DNA of 57,969 nucleotides from Toensbergia leucococca. Taxonomy: Eukaryota. A model generated the notes under the pieces. The model did not search any database. It worked only from the letters and a program-made list of their open reading frames with translations, and was not told the origin of the DNA. This document shows positions 12,093 through 24,897 of the stretch, in pieces. The translations under genes were made by a program, and so were the position numbers. Each line of letters opens with the position of its first letter. Within the stretch, counting starts at the first letter, position 1. Where the stretch lies: contig JALDZS010000026.1 in NCBI GenBank assembly GCA_022813965.1, positions 124,001 through 181,969 of the forward strand. The letters are read 5' to 3'.

Positions 12093-15000
12093 TTAATTCG
12101 AGAGACTCAAACGCGCCATGTCCTCGTCTGCGCTCAACACCCCCATCGCCCAATGCACCCTTGCCCCAGGGTTTAGCGCGACAATGCTCCTGTCATTGTT
12201 ATCTCTCGACCGACCGCGTATTTCCATGTCGGCCGGTCTTCTCCCTGCGACTCTGTCATCTCGTGCTGCTGTCTCCCATTTGACTTGATATGGCGGCCCT
12301 CTCCCAGCCTCGGCCATTTTTGTCCAAGAGACTTCGCAACCAGCGGCAATGAGATTACTAGACTGCCACCCAGTTAGGCGGCTAACGTTGCGTAATGTGG
12401 CGATGGTCCATCCCCGCTGGGCGGCATCGCGAAATTGGACCCCAGCAAAGAAAAGGCTAAGGGTCGATTCTGTGAGAGCAGCGGCAAGAGAAGGATTGAG
12501 TTGATTTACTGCAGAGGGAGGTAGTAACCCTGCGTAGATGCGACCTATGGTGTTGGCCCATTCTGCGGTACGCGGAGCGGCGATACCCGCAGCCATCATT
12601 GCGGCTGGAGGCATAGACGGCTCCACACGGGCGGCAATTATACGGCCTGTATAGTAAAGGGCCCAAACACAAGCGATGGAATATGTTCGGTAATAAATAG
12701 CTGGCCCAAAAGGTGTGGAAAGGGGTTGCATGTATTCTGGCGAGAGAGGTAAGAATTCCAGACTTAGAGTTTCCTCGAATAAATTGAAAGCGCTGCAGAT
12801 GTTATTCCATTCGCTTTCAGCTTCTCGAGTCGCGGCTTCGAGCTCTATATATTCGGGGGGAGGTCCATTGAAGTGCAAGTCGTCTTGCGGCGTTTGGATA
12901 AAGCCATCTGGCATGCGCATTGGGCCAGGCGGAGGCATCATTCCATACATCGGAGGTGGCGGTTGCATCGATGATAGAGGGTGTATAGACGGCGGAGGTT
13001 GCATAGACGACGGCGGCTGCATATGGGGTGGAATATACATAGACAGCGGCGGTTGCAAGTGTGGTGTAGCATACATAGAAGGTGGGGGTTGCACGTGTGG
13101 TGGAAGATACGTAGATGGCGTAGGTTGAGGCGGACCGGCAGGAGGTGGGCCCGCAAACATACCGGGTGGGGGTCTCCATTGCCCGCCGTTCGCTTCCACT
13201 GCTTTCCTCTTTCTCACCAGATCTTTCGCAACAAAATCGGTGACCCGGCCCATCAGCAGGGTGAGATGATCCATAGTACCATAGACAGCATCTAGTCTTC
13301 CGACCGATGCTCTTGGGGGGCAACGGCCCCAACGATCATAAGGTAGCCTGAAGAACAGTCAGCAAGAGCTCTAAGGAATATATAACAGATACATACAAGA
13401 GGCGGTTGCCGCTGACCATGCTCTGATACAGGTCTTGCTTAGCGTACCACCAAAAGAGATCGCTTTGGATCTCGTAGGTTTCAATGCCCTTCGATGTGAG
13501 TGGTCTCTGGGATCCTTCTGCGAGAGCGTGGTCATCGGTGACTCTACCATACTGATCATAACGTACCTTCCAGCCCATAAGCGTGCTGACAAGGTTTTCA
13601 TCGATGTCTTTGTCGTCTGCGATCATCAAGTCATCAGACAGATTGTGGCTTACGTATGGCTGCTCATGACCATGGAGAAAGCCTCGGTAGTATCGAGACT
13701 TCTTGTTCGTCTCCTTTAGTGCTTTATGTGCTTTGATCCGCTTAGTCATTCCTGCAAAGTCTATCTCCATGATGAGCTGGCTGGCACCAGCGAGATGGCT
13801 GTTCCATTTATGGTGCTCCGCACTTATGACCTCATAGAAGCCAAGAAGTAGGGAGGCAGCAAGCGTCGGTATCCCTGGGCGCTTGGATGGTAAGCCCACG
13901 ACCTTTGTAACTCTTCGAATAGCAAAATGATAGTGCTTTAGCGACGCATGTGTCGAGGTTTGCTGTAGCTTTGCTATGTGTAAGCTTGCCAGCGCCAGCA
14001 TCGAATGAAGGAGACCTCGGTGCGAGAGCGCCATCATTGGGAGGGTGTAAGTCCAGAGTGACTGCTGGGAGATTGGAATTGGGCCACCGGTGAACATAAC
14101 GGAAGGATTGCTAGGGCGACGCTCAAAAATGGAGAGGCTAGGAGCCGTGGCTGTGACATAGTGGCAGAAAACTCGCGCAGTCTGAGCGTCCATGAGCGGC
14201 GAGGCTGTGTAAGTGGGCTGATAAGTCGACAAAACGTTCGGCTCGTTTAGAAAGGATGTTAATGTTCGTATGCTTCGGTCATTCTGTCCTACCGAGAGAG
14301 ATAGCATCAAGCCAAGGTCATTTCTTTGGGTACCCGCCTTCTGGCCATCGGTAGCTACGCCCTCTTCGTCTGAATTCACATCATAGTAATCGTCTACTAG
14401 CTCATCCACAGAGACGACAGGCTCTATGAGGAAGGGTTGTTTGTGATCGTTAAAGGGCTTTCCGCTGTTTGGGAGATTTTGTGTATAGAAGTCGGGATTG
14501 CTGGGTATTTGTGGGATTTGTCCTGTCAACGAGACACAGATTAGCTCCTTGACAAGCTCGAGTTGCTTGTGTCTTCAGTCAGAAGTAGGAGAACCTTGAG
14601 GCCCTCTAAATGCATGCACGATTGAAAAGCGTTACGTACGGTCCCTCTCAGGAATTTGGTATTGCTCTCCACTATTCACAGACCAGCTGTTGGTCGGTGC
14701 CTTTGAAAGTCGTTCATTGGGTGTATCGTAGGGTTGTTTCGATAGTGCTGGGATGTGCGACCACTGCTCATCCCTGTAAAGGCTTTCTTGCATTGGAATA
14801 CGTTGAAATTCTTGGTCTGCTAGATTATTCTGCACAGCGTGCGGGACAGGGTCTGAATAAATGCTCCCCGCCATGTCACTAGACGCAGGTCTAGTTTCGC
14901 GTGTCGACTGATTGGTATGCTCTCGGGGGAATCCGTCCCAAGGATGTGAAAGTGGCAAGGCCGATTCTGATTCAATTGTAAAGCCCATGTCGATGCCGCT

Positions 15001-15791
15001 GTCGCCGGTGTTCTGATGCTGAAACATTGTATAAGGTTCAGATCGAAGTGGTTTCGGATTTCTCTCGTTTCCGGACGGTTCTTGGGTACCTCCAAAAGAA
15101 GCATCTTGCCTGCTGCAAAAGCCACGAGTTTGGGAAGTGACATCACTTGGATGGTATGCTTGGCTACGGTGCGCGTAGCTGAGTGAGTTGAAAGAGATCT
15201 CAGGTATATTATGTGACGATACTGCAGGCGTGAAAGTGGTCCCGCTGAGGTCACCTTGAAACAATGGACGTGGAGCAATGACAGGAAGTGGGGCTTGGCT
15301 AGTAGAAGTAGAAAGTATGCGTGCATACTGGCCATTGACACCACTGTGACCCGACAGGTGCTGATAGTGGGCGCCATTCCCCGGAGTAGCTCCACCGACA
15401 GGACGAAAAGAACCCAAGGGATCTTTGAATATCACACGAGGTTGATAGCCTTCGCAATTACGTTTGGACTTGACACAATTGCTACACGTTGGTCGCTCCT
15501 CACCGCATTTGATTCGCCGCTTGCGACAAGCTGCTATGCGTCAGTCACATAGGACATCATCAAATCCAAGTTCAGTAGCTTACTGAGGCAGCCGGTCTTG
15601 GTCCGTTTCCTAGCTTTCAGCTGATTGGATCTTGAAATATCTACTGCGATGGGTATGATGGATGAGGATGATTCGGTGACCTTCGACGCAGCATCCGTGG
15701 GGTCATGGATATCTACATGTCCTGCTTCTTCCGTGTTCGGCGACTTTGCCTCGTCTAAGGGATCATATTGCGACTGTTGAATGGATGCCAT
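12093..15791 (-). CDS. Zn(II)2Cys6 transcription factor with C-terminal fungal TF (DUF3468-type) domain; OefC-like by recollection; start uncertain
   Basis: RKRTKTGCL/TCRKRRIKCGEERPTCSNCVKSKRNCEGYQPRVIFKDPLG with the cluster split by an intron; middle region LWTYTLPMMALSHRGLLHSMLALASLHIAKLQ; 4 exons. Confidence 0.85.
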
Positions 15792-17074
15792 GTTCTCATT
15801 TGAATTGATTCTTTCATTCGGTCTCGAAGGTCGAGGTTTCTCCAAGTAAAAATAGAACCCCTTCGGATGCCCTGCAGATGATGAGATGTTTAGAGACGTT
15901 CAGCTGGGCTCAATGGCGACTAGGCAAGCTGCACTGCACGCAAGCGGGCAGGCAGACAGCTGGTTGACAGTGTAGGCTGACGGGTGTCGCAGAGACTGCT
16001 GCCATATCTACCACGTACAGGTAAGGTAGGGTAAGGCTGTCTAAATGCAGAAGGTACTGCAGGGCCAGGGCTAAAGTTGCCCGGAGTGCCCTTCAGGTCC
16101 ATGTCTCATGTTTCGACTTTCAGCAGAGCGATCTTCATGTTCAACATTACCTTATTGTCGATGAAGGATCTACGAGAGAGTGGTGGAGCTAGGCTAATGA
16201 TGCAGATGGGGTGAAAGTATCCCCTGCAGGTTCGTGGCTTTGGCCGGCAACCTAATATCTGATCGTCGGCCTCCTCCGTGGGAGCGTGGTAAGATAGAGT
16301 GGCATTTTAGGACTTGAACTAGGCATAGAATACGACTAATAGATTTGCATCCCTCAGCAATTAAATGCAACGGCGTGACAGGGATATCCTGTGATGTTGA
16401 TCCGAGCCAATTACGAGTAACCACATACTGATATTTCTTTGACTTCACGGGGCCACCTTGCAAAGGTTCTATGTGTCGTGTTCTTGTTCAGCGAACCTAT
16501 GGGCCAGATAATTCTGTCATTCTCCGGCGTGTGAAACTTTTCAGAGGTCAAGATGAGATCATGCTTCATCATTTGCAGAACATTACCGTCTGAGACCCAG
16601 TCCGTACTCACAATTGATTTACAGCTTATCCAACATCTAGAGTTACGCCTAGTAAAGGGAGTATTTAGGGCAACAGTATGATTTATAGCTTTTCATACCC
16701 TTGTTGAATACCAAGGAAACACTGAACTGCATGTCACAAGTGATAATACATGTTCTTGAAGGGAAATCTCCACACCAGTCCGTCATCAGAACCAGAAAGG
16801 TAGCTAGGTGGTGCAAATGCTTTGCGGTCTAAGCATGACCATCAATCGGTCAAAGTAACCACACCGATTGTCTTCAGAAGAGCTTGATAGTACTTGTACG
16901 AGTAGAGCAAGAGAAGAGCCGGAGCAGAGCAAATAGTCCAATTGAAGGACGACTCATCGGGTCCGCGAGACTTAAGCTTACCGTCCAAGATAATACGGCG
17001 TACGCATATCCTTAGTGGTGAGTGTCGCGCTTACGGAAAAGTACCGTGAAGACTGTATGTAGCAAGACAATACA

Positions 17075-18151
17075 TTATGGCCGGCCTTCAAGAAACTCGT
17101 AGACCTGGAGCTCCGTCAGTCATTAGCAGATTTGCAGAGTCTTATTCATAGAAATCAAGATAGAAACTTACCATGTTATTCCACTCTCCACCTCCGAATT
17201 TCGCCTCGCTTAGTCCTTTGTTCTCAAAGCCCAGCCTCTCGTAGAAGCATATCAGATGATCATGCGCAAGTAATGCGACTTGACCTGCAATTCCAGCGCT
17301 CTCCATTCGCTGCGTGTAAAACTTCATGATGGTCTGTCCTAACCCTTGACGCTGGTATGGGGGTGATACCGCAAGGGAATGCACCGCTATGGTACTTCCA
17401 TGATCTTGATGTCCGCACGTGTCAGATATAGAGCTTCCAGACTGCCACTTTAAAGGGACGTCCATCGAGGCATCTGTAACGAACGGGGAATCGCATTTAG
17501 TCGCGATGACATGTGCTAGAAGTACGCCCTTCTTGGATGGAGAGGCAGAGTGCGAATGGTGTGCGGGAGGATAGGTCGAGGTAGACGTAAGAGATTCAGA
17601 GTCTGATATTGAGAAAAGACCTAGGGAGAGCTCAGGGCATCTTGTAAGGCGGTAAATGAACTGTGATCTGTGAGTGGAAGCGAAATGTTTGAAGGCGAGG
17701 TGCAACATGCTGCATTCGCTGATTACACAGGTTCGTTTCCTAGGAAACATGATCCTATGCAGAGTATCATAGACCTCAAGCGGTGCAATTGAAGTAAATA
17801 GACCGCATCAAAATATGAAAGGAGACGAATAGTATGTCACCAACAAAGACAGTTGCAGAAAGGTCAAAGAGTATAAAATCACAAACGTGAAAGGGGACGG
17901 GTTCGTAGTAATTACAACCCTCGTACTGATAGAGAACCGCAGGAAGAAAACATATCGACCTTTTCTCGAGAGCATCTCTCATGTTCAGGAAAAGTGGCAT
18001 TCTCCAATGATTCGCAGGTGGAAAGGTCAGCCAGAGATAATGTTTGTACATAAGTCCGCAGTGGATGTGAATTAGCCTCGGGATCTTGGTCACTGGTGTT
18101 GTCTATTCGTTGTCTGCGAGGGGCGAAGTCCGTCGTCACAGGGGCTTCCAT
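17075..18151 (-). CDS. GNAT-family acetyltransferase (polyamine/arylalkylamine N-acetyltransferase, Paa1-like)
   Basis: LENATFPEHERCSREK/FIYRLTRCPELSLGLF...TIAVHSLAVSPPYQRQGLG (motif A)...LICFYERLGF...FGGGEWNNM/VYEFLEGRP*. Confidence 0.88.
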
Positions 18152-18746
18152 CTCTGGGTTGAAGGACTCGGTCTTCGGGACTTGCAGTCAACGCGGTCTC
18201 AGCGAAGACGTCTCGAGGCATGATCAGTCAAGAGCAACGTGTTCCAAACCAGGTGTGGGACTCCGGGTTATTTATGCCTGCCAAAATTCCAAGCTTGGTG
18301 CTTCCATGCTGCTTTGACTCGAAAAATACTAAGGTAATGTATGTAATATTTTCATGTACAAGCAAGTAAGGAATGGTATGCGAAGCAGACACAGAATGGG
18401 TATTCTAATCTACTCGTATTCGTCCCTCAGCCCCGGAATATGACGTGTAATGTTCCACGATTACTAATCGTAGCCGTTCCATGTGAGTACGACCACTCGT
18501 AAGCAATCAAGAAAAGAAAAGATTACAATACTGCATTCACTACAGAGAAACAGGTCTTTCCAGCTCTTTCCATTGCTTCTACTCGTACCCGGACCAGAAA
18601 CTAAAATTGCACGTCACAACTTACAACCAACTCATGACCATCAACTTGTATAATAGTATTCGACCTCTGAAGTTGTCGCTGCAGTGTTTTCACGGATCAC
18701 ATCTTGTTGATCAATAAGTCAGCGCTACAACATCACTGTTAAAATT

Positions 18747-20210
18747 ATGTGCGTCACTTGGAGGTTTCTAGACCTTCAAGACGCTGATATGAACTCACAG
18801 GCAGATTACTATATCTATCACCGCTCCCTCGGGTGCCATACAGAATCATCAAGACGTACTGACCTTTCAAGTCGTTCCAGATACGACAATAGCCAATCTC
18901 AAAGAACTCATAGAAGGGCATACAGGCCTATCTCCTACCGCGCAGTGTTTCTCCCATAATGGAGAAGAGCTGCTAGACGATGCAAAGACCCTACAGCAGT
19001 GTCTTATAGAGGACAATGCGATACTAGGAGTACTCGTTAGAGATCTGCACGCTACGGGCATACAAGCACGGAGAAACAGGCGAGAGGGGGCAAGCCATGC
19101 ACAACAAGTCAACTCAAGAACTAGAAGTGATCAACAACGGCGATACGATCATGCAGAGACTTTGCGCTTGCAAGCATTAGGAGGAGATCCCACTTCTCTA
19201 GTGTGGCTTAGGCAGCAGGATCTCAATTTAGCAAATGCCATTCATGACCAAAGCCGGTATCATGAAGTGTGGAACGATTTACAAAGGCAGCGGGTCGAGG
19301 CTGAATACGCAAAGCAGCGTGAAATAGCTTTGCTCAATGAGGACCCCTTCAACATTGAAGCCCAGACTAAAATCGAAGAGATGATCAGACAATCAGCTGT
19401 AATGGAGAATCTAGAGAATGCAATGAGTTATAGACCGGAAGGTGTGGGGTTTGATTGAAAGTTTTTTGTGAACGTCACTAATCGGTTGCTCCTATAGGGT
19501 TTGGCAAGGTTCACATGCTCTATATTGACGTCGAGGTCAACAATCACAAGGTGAAAGCTTTCGTCGATACTGGTGCTCAGGCAACGATTATGTCACCATC
19601 ATGTGCAGAGAAGTGCGGCATTTTGCGACTCATGGATAAGCGGTGGCATGGTGTTGCCACAGGTGTTGGTACAGCAAAGATTTTAGGTCGGGTTCATTCT
19701 GCACAGATCAAGATCGGCAGCCTTTTCCTGGCCTGCAACTTTACGGTGATGGAGGGTCAGGACGTGGGCAAAGATGTGGATTTGATGATCGGATTGGATA
19801 TGCTCAAGGGACATCAAGCGTGTATTGACCTGCAAAAAGGAAATTTGATAATTAGGGAAGAGCAAATCCCGTTTCTTGGAGAAGCCGAGATTCCCAAGCA
19901 CGATCAAATATTGGCAGATGAGCCTACTATTGCGGGCCCCTCTGGTATGGAGATTGGCGCGATATCCGGCGCAGTCACGCAACCCACAAGCTTGGGGCCG
20001 GGTGAGAAAGGCCGTGTCGTGGGAGAGCAATCAGGGGTGCCGACATTGTCCTCGGGACAACAGCAACAAGGTCTTTCGCCGACACGAACATCGTTCCCGC
20101 CTGGAGACATCGCTCAGTTGATGGATATGGGATTTTCTCGGACTGAGGTCTTGCATGCTTTGGAGATAGCTGGAGGCAATGTCGAGGCAGCTGCTGGATA
20201 TCTAGTGTGA
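18747..20210 (+). CDS. DDI1: DNA damage-inducible aspartyl protease/ubiquitin receptor (UBL-RVP-UBA)
   Basis: N-terminal UBL (MQITISIT...TIANLKELIE), MLYIDVEVNNHKVKAFVDTGAQATIMS (retroviral-like protease DTG), C-terminal UBA QLMDMGFSRTEVLHALEIAGGNVEAAAGYL. Confidence 0.95.
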
Positions 20211-20671
20211 GGGCTCGCCTGGTCGATTGTAGGCATTGTTAGGCGTCAAAGCATTGCTGGGCGCTAAGTATTGGTATAGTTAACGTCCATGGAGCAAAAA
20301 AAACATCGTCGAGCGCGATGGTGCTCACAGAATACCATTTATTATAAATTAGCGACCTTATTAGAATGGGACTGTTCCCAATCCTGATCGAGGTCTTCGT
20401 GTGTAGCCTGATAAGGCTGAGATTTATATTACCAATACACGTAAAACTGTCATTGCAATGAGAATTCGTACGGTAGTGACGGAATATTGTAGCCCCAGCC
20501 CATACCATTGATCTAAAGATCTACCTACAGATAGTTGCAAGCGCTGATCTAAGCGCCCGGGTCGAGGGCTAAAGTCTCGGAACGGATTGAAACGCAAACA
20601 TTACATTAAAGAACTTACGGAGTACCGAGTCTGATCGTTAAAAATCCAACATCACTGTTCGAGTTTTAACC

Positions 20672-22249
20672 ATGTTCGCCGTGCCAGGTTGGTCGGTCTC
20701 AGCCAACGAACTAAAAGGCCAGTCCGAATCTACCACCAAGAAATTGGGGAAGCGAAAACGAGGACATGGACAAGCCGACGGCCTAAACATCACAGATCAA
20801 AATCTTTCAGACCTCTGGAAACGGCACATCGAGGGAGAGAAGCCGAAGGAGATACACACCCGAACGTCAGTAAATACAAGCTCGAAACAATTCAAGAAGA
20901 AGCGCAAGGATGCCACTATAGAGCAAGTTGAAGAGGAACCAGCCCCTCCGACTGAGGATACAGCAAATAACAAAGACCATTTTAAGGAAGCCGTGAAAGC
21001 CAAATTCGAACAAGGCAAAGCCTCCAAGGAGACCAAGCGCGAACGCAAGGCCCACCTCCAAGTGAACGGCGACCTACCTCCAACAAGACCTATGCCTCAA
21101 GCACACGCTAACCCTTCAACTGCCACCGTTCCCACCACCAACCCTTCCAAGGACCTCTTTCCCGCTCCACCCGCTTCCACCACAACACTAACCACGCTTC
21201 AACAATCCATGCGTCAAAAGCTCCTGTCTTCCCGCTTCCGCCACCTGAACCAAACCCTCTACACCTCCCCATCCGCGGCCGCCCTTTCCCTCTTTTCCCA
21301 AAATCCAACCCTTTTTTCGGACTATCACATTGGCTTCCGTGTCCAAGTAGCCACTTGGCCAGAAAACCCTGTAGATTGCTTTATACGAGACATACGGAAT
21401 AGGGGAGAGGCAAGGGATGTAGCCATGGGCCAGAGCCAGAAGGCGAGGTGGAGGGAGGAGAAAATGGGCAGAAAGAAAGGACGGGATGACGGAAAGAATA
21501 GCCCCAAGCCTGACCCTTTACCCCGCACTCGAGGTAGTTGTGCCATTGCAGATCTTGGGTGTGGAGATGCTCGCCTAGCTTCATCACTACTATTTGGCGG
21601 TGATACAAAAGCATTGAATCTCCAAATTTCATCATACGATCTGGCGACGGAGGATAGGGGCGTTGGTGCGCAGGAATTGGTCACAGTGGCTGACATTAGC
21701 GAGCTGCCGTTGGAGGCAGGAAGCGTGGATATCGGTATTTTTTGCCTCGCGCTCATGGGAACCAATTGGATTGAATTTGTCGAAGAGGCTGCGAGAGTGA
21801 TAAGGACGGGAGGAGAGTTGTGGGTGGCGGAGATAAGAAGCCGATTTGTCGGAGGTTTGAGATCCAAGGGAGGTGCTAGGGCTCGGCAAGGACTCCGTGG
21901 GAACGTCAAGGGAAAGAAAAGGCAGAAAATGGCCGCGGGGGACGACGATGAGGTCGTAGTGGGAGTGGACGAGTCGGAAGGAGAGGAGCCTGTTGCAAAG
22001 CGTGAGGCGGACGCCGTTGGCGCTTTTGTGGAAGTGCTGCGGAAAAGGGGGTTTGTGCTGAAAGGAAAGGTGGATCTGGAGAACAAGATGTTTGCACGAA
22101 TGCGCTTTTTAAAGGAGAATGGGGCTGCTCGAGGTGAGAAGAGCCTGGGTAGGTTGGGTGTTAAGACGCGATATGTGGAGGATGAAGGGGGCGAAGACGA
22201 GGAAGATGAGGCGAGGGTATTGAAACCCTGTGTTTACAAACTTAGATAG
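20672..22249 (+). CDS. RRP8: 25S rRNA adenine-N1 methyltransferase Rrp8
   Basis: Single ORF: MFAVPGWSV..., SSRFRHLNQTLYT, WPENPVD, IADLGCGDARLA, FCLALMGTNW, LKPCVYKLR. Confidence 0.95.
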   Translation: MFAVPGWSVSANELKGQSESTTKKLGKRKRGHGQADGLNITDQNLSDLWKRHIEGEKPKEIHTRTSVNTSSKQFKKKRKDATIEQVEEEPAPPTEDTANNKDHFKEAVKAKFEQGKASKETKRERKAHLQVNGDLPPTRPMPQAHANPSTATVPTTNPSKDLFPAPPASTTTLTTLQQSMRQKLLSSRFRHLNQTLYTSPSAAALSLFSQNPTLFSDYHIGFRVQVATWPENPVDCFIRDIRNRGEARDVAMGQSQKARWREEKMGRKKGRDDGKNSPKPDPLPRTRGSCAIADLGCGDARLASSLLFGGDTKALNLQISSYDLATEDRGVGAQELVTVADISELPLEAGSVDIGIFCLALMGTNWIEFVEEAARVIRTGGELWVAEIRSRFVGGLRSKGGARARQGLRGNVKGKKRQKMAAGDDDEVVVGVDESEGEEPVAKREADAVGAFVEVLRKRGFVLKGKVDLENKMFARMRFLKENGAARGEKSLGRLGVKTRYVEDEGGEDEEDEARVLKPCVYKLR

Positions 22250-22765
22250 CTACCACTGGGTGTTGCTTAGAATGCACATCTTTGTAGTCTACGAGGAAGA
22301 ATTCTCCTTGATTTATTTCATATGACGATATTGATGGCCCGATAAGGTCTGACGGAAAGATCTTCTAGACCAAGAGAGCTCGACGAATAGGTACCTATGC
22401 ATTGATATGCAAAAATACAACTGGTGCTTTTCCTATGATATAACCGTTGAGGGCCTACCTATCCTTGATACACATGGGTCCTCCTACTTTTTCATCTGTC
22501 GTAAGATTCCCATCTCATCTCATGTAGTCATGTACATCAATGTCGTTTGAATACGTCGTCTAGTTGATGACGACGCCTGCCGCTGCGATTCCATATTATT
22601 CGTTTTGCCACCAGCGCCGAGATAGTTGAATGATCTCGCGCAACGCCAATGTATGTTGAATTTTGATGCCGTAAAGCGCCTCGCTATGCAATGCAACAAA
22701 AATGACACGACCCCATTTAATCAAGCCGCAAGAGTATAGCTAAGGATATGTTGTAGAGGCTGAGT

Positions 22766-24897
22766 CTATCTAAGGGTTGGCTCGGACACAACCTTGTCGA
22801 CCTTGCCTGATGTGCCGTTCGTCCTGGGATGGTCATCGTGGTGATACCCGTTAGTTGTGCCATTAGTAGCACCGTTGGTAGTGACAACATCGACGAACAA
22901 CGATTTATCCATATCTTCAACCTGGAGACCAGTGAAGAGATCGAAGATCCCGTGGGTCTGATGAAAATCATTGTGGACTATATAACATGATGTCAGTACA
23001 TCATTCAATATAGTAGTAACGAGCCCCATGATACACACCAGCATTCACTAAATACCAGTTCTCCATGATGTTGTCGATAAGACGGCGGCTTGGGCTAGAA
23101 GCAGCATGGCATCGAGCCCAGTCACTTCCGAGGCGGAAAGCTTCATCTTTCCACGCAAGGAAGCTGATGGTCTCGACAATTGTTGGCTGAACAATCTCCT
23201 TACCCGGGAAGACACCCCAAGTCACAGCATTTGGGCCATCACTAGGAGCGTTGGTCCTCAGATTGCCAGCTTTATTGACCGCATGGAACGTCAGATTTGG
23301 GTCTCGTTCGACGCGATTTACCAGCTCTTCGATCAGCTGTGGCGCGATCAAAAATTCAAGGTAGGCTTTCTGGTAGACATATCCACCATGTGGCCCCCAG
23401 CCATGAACAGGATGGGAAGAATTAACCCCATCCACCGAAGGCTGTGAATTGATTGTCAAAAACCCCCGGCGGTTTAGGTCCAACAATTCACTTTTGATAC
23501 TGTCTGCCTCACTTGTAATTGAGGATTCGCTCCACGGCAGACTCTGGAGATCCTTATTTACAAAGCGGATGAAAATATTGGCAACATCCCTCAGTGACCG
23601 AGGCTCCCCCCATAACTTGATATTCTGCTCGTTTGTCCCTTTAAGACCAATCCCATAAGCATCTAACTCGCCAAAAGCTGGCGAACGAGAGTCGCCCCAG
23701 CGGCCGTTAGGGAATTCGTCCCAGTCCTGGGTACGGACTACGTAGGATTTATTGCGGTTTTTCCAGAATATGGGACGAACATCCTCTTCGCGCCGATTGA
23801 GGCCTAAGGATTGCCGCCAAGGCAATGCCTTTTTTGTTGGTGTTCCGTCTGATGAAGCTAGTCCTAATTCTTGTAAAATCATACGCGTAGCTTGGGCAAG
23901 ATTCATGGTATAGCTGCAGGAGTGAGCATGATACGAGGCATCAGGATTCAGTAAGCATACAAGTGTAAATGCATGATACCCGCATCAATTATCCTTTGAC
24001 ACATCTCAGCCACAAGGCCTTTACCAACCTCTCGGACTGCTGCATCGTCGTTCTTGACCGGCTCGAACGCGTCGGTCCATTTCTGTGGAATGTGGCAATT
24101 TGACCACGCTGCTCGCCTCAAAAAAGCTGCATGGGTTTGTATGGGCATAATTCCCGGTACAATAGGAACTGTGATACCTCGAGCTCGACATTTGTCCACC
24201 CAAGAAAGGAAGATGTCGACGTCATAAAACATCTGTGTTACTATGAAAGTTCCGCCAGCATCGATCTTTTCCTTTAAGTGGTCCATGAGTACATCTGGGT
24301 CTTGCTCATCTTCGCAACCCTCAGGATATCCAGCTACACCAATGTCGAAGTGATCTCCATATCTTCCCTTGATATACTTGACCAGATCTCTAGCATAATG
24401 AAAGCCGCCTTCTACAGCTTTCCACTTCTCTGTTTCCCTCGGCGGGTCGCCTCGGAGAGCCAGGATATTGGTACAACCGGCTTTATATGCTTCTTTGAGT
24501 GCATCGTCAACCTTTTCCTTTTCCATGTCGGTACACGTCAAGTGCATGCAGGTCTCAAGGCCGTAGACGGTCTGTGCTACATTGACCATCTCGCAAGTCA
24601 GATGCGACAGACGGCCGCCAGCACCCCAGGTAATATCGATAAAGGAAGGCCCAAGATCATGCATACGATCCATGCCTAGCACATGGTCAACATGAATCTA
24701 CAAGAGAAATTGACTACAAAGATGAACATACGGTCGTAGAGGTTTTGGACGCCCTAGAAAAGCATCAGTACATCAAGGTTCATTATGGGAATAAGGAAGC
24801 ATTCAAATACCTGGGCCGTCTTTGGAGGGAAGAATTCGAAAGAGAACATAGGCCTCCCTGCCCGCTCGGCTTCAGCAAGCTTGTCCTTGATATGCAT
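22766..24897 (-). CDS. MET13: methylenetetrahydrofolate reductase
   Basis: MHIKDKL...FSFEFFPPKTAQ/GVQNLYDR/MDRM..., ILALRGDPP, GVAGYPEG, VTQMFYD, WDEFPNGRWGDSRSPAFG, NAVTWGVFPGKEIVQPT. Confidence 0.95.

Noticed and set aside
21325..22086. Long antisense ORFs (also 5137-5631, 29588-30166, 34226-34759, 39533-40177)
   Set aside because: Shadow frames opposite well-conserved genes, with no independent coding signal.
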